In this document: in pieces, positions 59,174-64,000 of the stretch
How the letters are laid out: every line of letters starts with the position of its first letter
Position numbering within the stretch: the first letter of the stretch is position 1
Assembly: GCA_964036045.1 (NCBI GenBank)
Contig: OZ038379.1
Coordinates: 14,880,001 to 14,944,000 of the forward strand
From: Eutreptiella sp. 'Long Island Sound 2002'
Taxonomy: Eukaryota; Protista; Euglenida
Direction of reading: 5' to 3'
DNA: 64,000 nt
Translations under genes and position numbers: made by a program
Notes under the pieces: generated by a model
The model's database searches: none
What the model was told of the DNA's origin: nothing
What the model saw: only the letters and a program-made list of their open reading frames with translations

Positions 59174-62100
59174 CGGGGAAGCTCTGGTGGCACCCAAGAC
59201 CTGGTGTTTTGGGTACGTATCCGACTAGGGGGACGCGAATACCTGGGGGTATTGGACACTGGCGCCACCATATCTATAGTGGCCAAGAAAATTTTACCTT
59301 GTGGGAGCCTGAAGAACACCATGACCACAGCTGCTATATGCATGGGGGATGGACATGTGGTGCACAGCTGCGGGGACTGTGAACTGGAGGTACCTATGGG
59401 CTCTCGAACTATCGCCCATCGGTTCTATGTGATGGACACTGATGCGTTCGACTTTGTACTGGGGACTGACTTCTTCGTACAGCACTCCCAGATACAATCC
59501 CTGACGCTGCAAGCGCCCTACCTCCTCTACGTGGACCACGGCAGTGGCAGAGAGTCTGTGCCACTGGAGCAGTCGGAACATACCTCGAGTTACCTGAGGC
59601 TATCGAAGGAGGAGCCCTCTAACATGATTGCGGCCTCCAAAACTGAGGACTATCAACTATTGGGGGAAGTCCTAGACCAAGGTCTGAAGGAGTTGGGTTA
59701 CTCTCGAGAAGACCTAAGTGTGGAGTTGTTCGCCAGCGACAAGCAGCATGTACTGGACCTTTACTGCAGCAAGGGGAAGAACAGCAGCTACAAATTTTAC
59801 TGGCCCTCTTTCGGGATGGCCTACGGGAACCCCAGGTTCAGTGAACTGGGGAAGGTGCTGACCAAGGTGGCCTTGGAACGTTCCCGTATGGTCCTGTGTT
59901 CCCCCGATTGGGGAGCCCATGGGGGCAACGAGTACTGGCGAAACCTCCTGGACAGGCTGACTATCAGCTCTGTTCGTTTGCCTGATGAGGCCATCTACGT
60001 ACCTCTGGGACGCAAGACGCCTATTGGGAAGCCCGGATGGGGGAGTATGCTCAGCGTGGTGGACGGAGGTCTTACCTCCATTCCCTGGGAGGATCTGGAC
60101 CCGACTCTGGTCCAGGCTATACAACGAGAAAGCGATGGACTCGCCTTGGGTGACTTGAAGGATCGCCTACGACCTCAAGATGTTGTTGAGACTACACCCG
60201 GAGGAGATGAGTACGTCGTGACTGACACCAACGCCCCCAACTCTCCCTGTCATGTACCTGTTCCTGATGGAGTCTCTGAGTGTGGACTATGTGAGCTACC
60301 TAGCTCTATCCACTCGGATGACAAAACCGAGCACGACGCCTTCTTCGTGCAGACCTGTGTGGAGGAAGTGGAGAACGCCGGGTACGTCGCCCCACTGAAA
60401 CCCCTACTCTCCATGAGGGTGGAAGACCCCGTGGACGAGGAGCTGGACCCTCGATCCAGGCTCAGAGAGTATGTGGATTCCAAGAGGAAGGTGGTGGCGA
60501 AAAAGCTATGCTACGCGAAACCTACCCGCAGCTCATGGCCACTGAAGCAAGGACGTATGGGAGACCTATCCCAATTGAAGGAGGACCTCGAACAGAAGAT
60601 CACCACCTGGCAAAGGGAGGTAGATCTTAAGCTCATGAAGAGCGTGTGGGGCGCCCATGTGAGGACCCCAGAGGAGGACGACCTCTTGGAGGAATGTGTA
60701 TGTGAATCCCCTCGAGCATGCCTATGTTGCCATCGTCCACCGGAGATGGTTGAACAAGATCTTCTACATGCCTACCAAGGGCTGAAGGATACTACCACGG
60801 GCGAAGAGTCGGTGGAGGACCACCTCCCGACGTCTATTACTCAGGGGGCAAGCAACTTACACTCTGACGAGGACATGGAGGACAAGATCAAGGTATTGGA
60901 CCCGCGGGTACAGACGCTTATAAGGACCTATCTGGAGGTGTTCGGAGAACTACCCCCTCCAGCCTCATGTGACAAGCTGGTACAGATGGACCTCAAGCTA
61001 AAACCCGAGTTCGTGGGTCACAAGATCATGAGGAGACCCTATCCAGCTCCTAAAGAGCAGGCCGACGAGATTGAGCGACAGATACAAGAATGTATCGACG
61101 CTGGCCTAGTCGTGGAGTACAAGGACGGGGACTACCCCCTACACTGCAGCCCCTGTTTCCTGGTGGCTAAACCTGGGTCTACAGCCAAACGGCTGGTAGT
61201 GGACTATGGAGAGCTGAACAAGAAGACGCTGAACCACTCAGGGTCCATTCCCAATATGGAGTCTACCCTGGAGAAGATAGCCTCGTGCCGCTACAAGACC
61301 AAGATCGACAAGCGAAGCGGATTCTGGCAAGTGGACCTGACGCCCAACGCACAGGAACTACTGGCCTTCATCACCCCTGAGGGGAGGGTGTTCAAGTGGA
61401 AGGTCATGCCGTTTGGCGTGGCTAACGCACCCGCTCTATTCCAAGAGCTGATGAACAAGATCTTGTCCATCCTACGAAGGAGACCTAAGGTACAGGAGCT
61501 CATATCTCGTGGTGCCCAGATGGAGGCTCACATCGACGATGTATGCCTCGGGACCAATACCCAGGAGGATCACCTAATCCTCTTGGGTGAGTTCTTTGCG
61601 GTCTGCCAGGAGAACCACACACGACTCAAGCTGGAGAAGTGTGAGTTCATGCAGGAGACCATGCAGTACGTGGGGTTTGATGTTGGCTATGGGTGGTGGA
61701 CCCCAGCGGCCTCTAAGGCCAAACCCCTGATGGATGCCAAGGTACGACACGAAGACCCCAAGAAAGGACTTCATGATGTACGCAGTTTCATTGGGGCGTG
61801 CAACTTCTATCGCCGCCACATCAAAAACTTCACCTACACCAGTGCCGTTCTGACTGACTTGATCAAGAAGAGTACTACTTGGCGCTGGGGCCCACAAGAG
61901 CAACAAGCGTTTGACGAGCTCAAAGACAAGGTAGCCAACGCTAAGTGCTTGGGCGTGCCTAGGGCACAAGGGGAGATTATCCTGGTGACCGACGCCAGCA
62001 ATGTGGGCGGTGGTGGAACGTTGTTCCAATGGCAAGCACTAGAGAAGGAGGAGTTCGACTCGGCCATTTCCCAATGGGTGACGGAAGGTCTCAACCGAGA

Positions 62101-62821
62101 TGGAACCCTCAAGCACAGCTACCCTGACGACAAGTGGGTCCTAGTACCTATGGGCCACTGGAACTGGAAGTGGAACCAGGCCAGGGGGAACTACTCCACC
62201 TATGAGCAGGAATTGCTCGCGGGTATGCTGGTGCTATCCTCACAAGCACGATTGTTGGGGAGTAACCCTGTGGTCTGGCTGTGCGACCAAGAGCCGGTAC
62301 GCAGTTTCCAGAAGGGTCCCCCACCTGAGAAGGCCAAGCTACGACGCTGGTGGACCTACCTCAGTCAACTACGGCTGACGGTACATCATATCCAGGGAGT
62401 GAAGAACGAGTGTGCCGACTACATCAGCCGCAACAACTTCGACGCCCTGATTGGTGCCCGGTCTGAAGCGTTGGCTAAGGAGGCGTTCAGCCGTATGGAC
62501 GTCCACTTGGACCTCAACATGACGATGATACGCCCCCTGGATGGACTCCAACAATCGGAGTACCTGAAGGAGTTCGGGGACATCTACAAGCGTCTGGAGA
62601 AACGCCTTGAACCCCTCCTGGTCAACCAAGACCAGTGGAAGAGGGACAAGAGCTACCTATGGCACGAGGACCGTATTGTGGTGCCTAGTGACCGAGTTCC
62701 AGCGCTGCTGAAGTGGACCCATGAGTCCAGTGGTCATGTGGGTGCTGACCGCACCCTGAGGCTGTTCAAGCAGTGGTTCCACACTACGTGGACTGACGAC
62801 CAACTGCGGAAAACCCTCTAG
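59174..62821 (+). CDS. pol: Pol: aspartic protease, Dam-like MTase-like domain, linker, RT, RNase H, start of integrase
   Basis: LDTGA (PR); ELFAS...NPRF...SPDW (MTase-like); VVDY..LN, FGVANAP and HIDD at 61529-61540 (RT); TDAS...EQELL...CDQ...NECADYISR (RH); HESSGH. Confidence 0.92.
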   Translation, partial: RGSSGGTQDLVFWVRIRLGGREYLGVLDTGATISIVAKKILPCGSLKNTMTTAAICMGDGHVVHSCGDCELEVPMGSRTIAHRFYVMDTDAFDFVLGTDFFVQHSQIQSLTLQAPYLLYVDHGSGRESVPLEQSEHTSSYLRLSKEEPSNMIAASKTEDYQLLGEVLDQGLKELGYSREDLSVELFASDKQHVLDLYCSKGKNSSYKFYWPSFGMAYGNPRFSELGKVLTKVALERSRMVLCSPDWGAHGGNEYWRNLLDRLTISSVRLPDEAIYVPLGRKTPIGKPGWGSMLSVVDGGLTSIPWEDLDPTLVQAIQRESDGLALGDLKDRLRPQDVVETTPGGDEYVVTDTNAPNSPCHVPVPDGVSECGLCELPSSIHSDDKTEHDAFFVQTCVEEVENAGYVAPLKPLLSMRVEDPVDEELDPRSRLREYVDSKRKVVAKKLCYAKPTRSSWPLKQGRMGDLSQLKEDLEQKITTWQREVDLKLMKSVWGAHVRTPEEDDLLEECVCESPRACLCCHRPPEMVEQDLLHAYQGLKDTTTGEESVEDHLPTSITQGASNLHSDEDMEDKIKVLDPRVQTLIRTYLEVFGELPPPASCDKLVQMDLKLKPEFVGHKIMRRPYPAPKEQADEIERQIQECIDAGLVVEYKDGDYPLHCSPCFLVAKPGSTAKRLVVDYGELNKKTLNHSGSIPNMESTLEKIASCRYKTKIDKRSGFWQVDLTPNAQELLAFITPEGRVFKWKVMPFGVANAPALFQELMNKILSILRRRPKVQELISRGAQMEAHIDDVCLGTNTQEDHLILLGEFFAVCQENHTRLKLEKCEFMQETMQYVGFDVGYGWWTPAASKAKPLMDAKVRHEDPKKGLHDVRSFIGACNFYRRHIKNFTYTSAVLTDLIKKSTTWRWGPQEQQAFDELKDKVANAKCLGVPRAQGEIILVTDASNVGGGGTLFQWQALEKEEFDSAISQWVTEGLNRDGTLKHSYPDDKWVLVPMGHWNWKWNQARGNYSTYEQELLAGMLVLSSQARLLGSNPVVWLCDQEPVRSFQKGPPPEKAKLRRWWTYLSQLRLTVHHIQGVKNECADYISRNNFDALIGARSEALAKEAFSRMDVHLDLNMTMIRPLDGLQQSEYLKEFGDIYKRLEKRLEPLLVNQDQWKRDKSYLWHEDRIVVPSDRVPALLKWTHESSGHVGADRTLRLFKQWFHTTWTDDQLRKTL

Positions 62822-64000
62822 CCTATCGTGGACAAGTGCCCGTGCAGGTCCTGTAAACCAGGGGATATCAGGGACAGAGGTCTCTACTCGACCCTGCCCA
62901 TCCCTCACTGTGCTAACAGTGTTCTATACGTGGACTACACGGAGATGCCGAAGTTCGGGGGCTATGACTTCGCCCTCGTGGTAACCTGTGGGTTGACCAG
63001 GTTTACCAGGGTGTTCCCATGTACCAAGCACATTACCAGGGACGAGACTATCAAGATACTCGTGGAGGAGTGGCTTTGTGTCTATGGGGCGCCCAAGGAG
63101 ATCAACTCCGATGAGGACGTACGAGTACGCTCAGATACTGGCTAGTACAAGAGGGTTCTGAGATCCCTCAATGTCCAGGTGTCTACGGGGATTCCCTACT
63201 CTCACACGAGCAACCCCCTATGTGAGCGACAGATCCGTGTCCTCAAGGAGAATGTCAGTATATGGTGCAAGACTGAACGCACCAGAGACTGGGTGAGACT
63301 ACTCCCCGTCATATCCTTGATGATGAACTCCCAAGAGAGTTCAGCTACTGGCTACTCGCCTCATGAGCTATTCATGGGACGCCCGGCATGGTTCCTACAT
63401 GCCCCCCATCCAGAGGACACCCATTCTTCTGTGGGTGAATGGGTCCAAGAGCAACAAGCGAAGGTGGACAAGGCCAAGGCTATGCTCCAGAGAGTGAGGG
63501 AGCGACAGTGGAACAAGAAGAACAAGCACCGGGTACCGGCCACCTACCAAGAGGGGGACTGGGTGCTGGTGCACCACAGTCGACTACCCGCCTGGCCACG
63601 CTCTACCAACGATGACCCCTACTTCGGGCCGTACAAGATTCTATCAGTGGATGGACACCGTATCACCGTGCGGTGTTCTCCCCGTCTAGGGGGGACCCTG
63701 GTGTGCGCTGCTCAACACCTGAAGCGCTACTATGATCCTGAAGACCTCTGTGGGGAGGAGTGGGAGCTGAACGACGAGGAAATCGCCGCTCTGGACCTAC
63801 AAGGGGCTGCCAGCCCTATGGAAGTTGAAGGTGAACTCCCCGACATGAACGCCGAGGAGATGGCTAAGGAGGGCTTCTACCTGGTGAAGTCTGTCTTACG
63901 CCACCGCTATCGCCAGGGTTGGCGCTTCCTCACCCTCTGGGAAGGGTTTGGAGTCGAAGAGGCCACCTGGGAGCCTTTCTCTGCATTTGTTCTACCTGAG
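62731..64000 (+). pseudogene. Integrase (HHCC, D-D-E), GPY motif and chromodomain in the pol frame, with two in-frame TAG stops
   Basis: TAG at 62819-62821 and 63143-63145; D at 62933, D at 63110, E at 63224; GPY at 63626; YLVKSVLRHR...FLTLWEGFGVEEATWEP from 63875 to the window end. Confidence 0.85.

Larger units (their letters stand above)
56205..64000 (+). mobile_element. Ty3/gypsy chromodomain-containing LTR retrotransposon (truncated by the window end; integrase disrupted)
   Basis: Order is Gag(CCHC)-PR-RT-RH-INT-GPY-chromodomain. The 5' boundary (TG at 56205) is tentative because the 3' LTR is outside the window. Confidence 0.92.

Noticed and set aside
62819-63145. UAG reassignment (alternative genetic code)
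   Set aside because: The RRM gene ends cleanly at TAG followed by a UTR-like region, and each integrase TAG is a single transition from a sense codon.

Overview
Eukaryotic, intron-rich, repeat-rich genomic window. The organism is protist-like but cannot be determined from sequence alone; splice acceptors just before ATGs and a GKGKGK linker are compatible with a euglenozoan. (1) Most of the window (7102-47155, minus strand) is one giant gene that I reconstructed by hand into about 31 GT-AG exons (about 9.1 kb CDS, about 3,030 aa). It encodes a type-I membrane protein: signal peptide, Cys-rich modules, 2 PAN/apple-like, CUB, 7 identical 55-aa cassette exons, F5/8C-like, GON-like, Sushi-like, a complete 7-blade RCC1 propeller, a Thr/Ser mucin stalk, a TM helix and a short tail. 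26 of 30 introns are phase 1. (2) A chromodomain-bearing Ty3/gypsy LTR retrotransposon (about 56.2 kb to the window end) has an in-frame UGA-CGG gag/pol junction and a Dam-like (N6-adenine) methyltransferase-like domain between protease and RT; its integrase carries two TAG stops. (3) An intronless two-RRM gene (52290-52967, +). (4) A fragmented minus-strand locus with TM, Zn-finger-like, ankyrin-like and WWE segments (1804-5765). (5) A multi-level 11-bp satellite, an intronic tandem array of tRNA-derived SINE-like units, and many smaller repeats. Exon coordinates were read manually and need RNA-seq confirmation.
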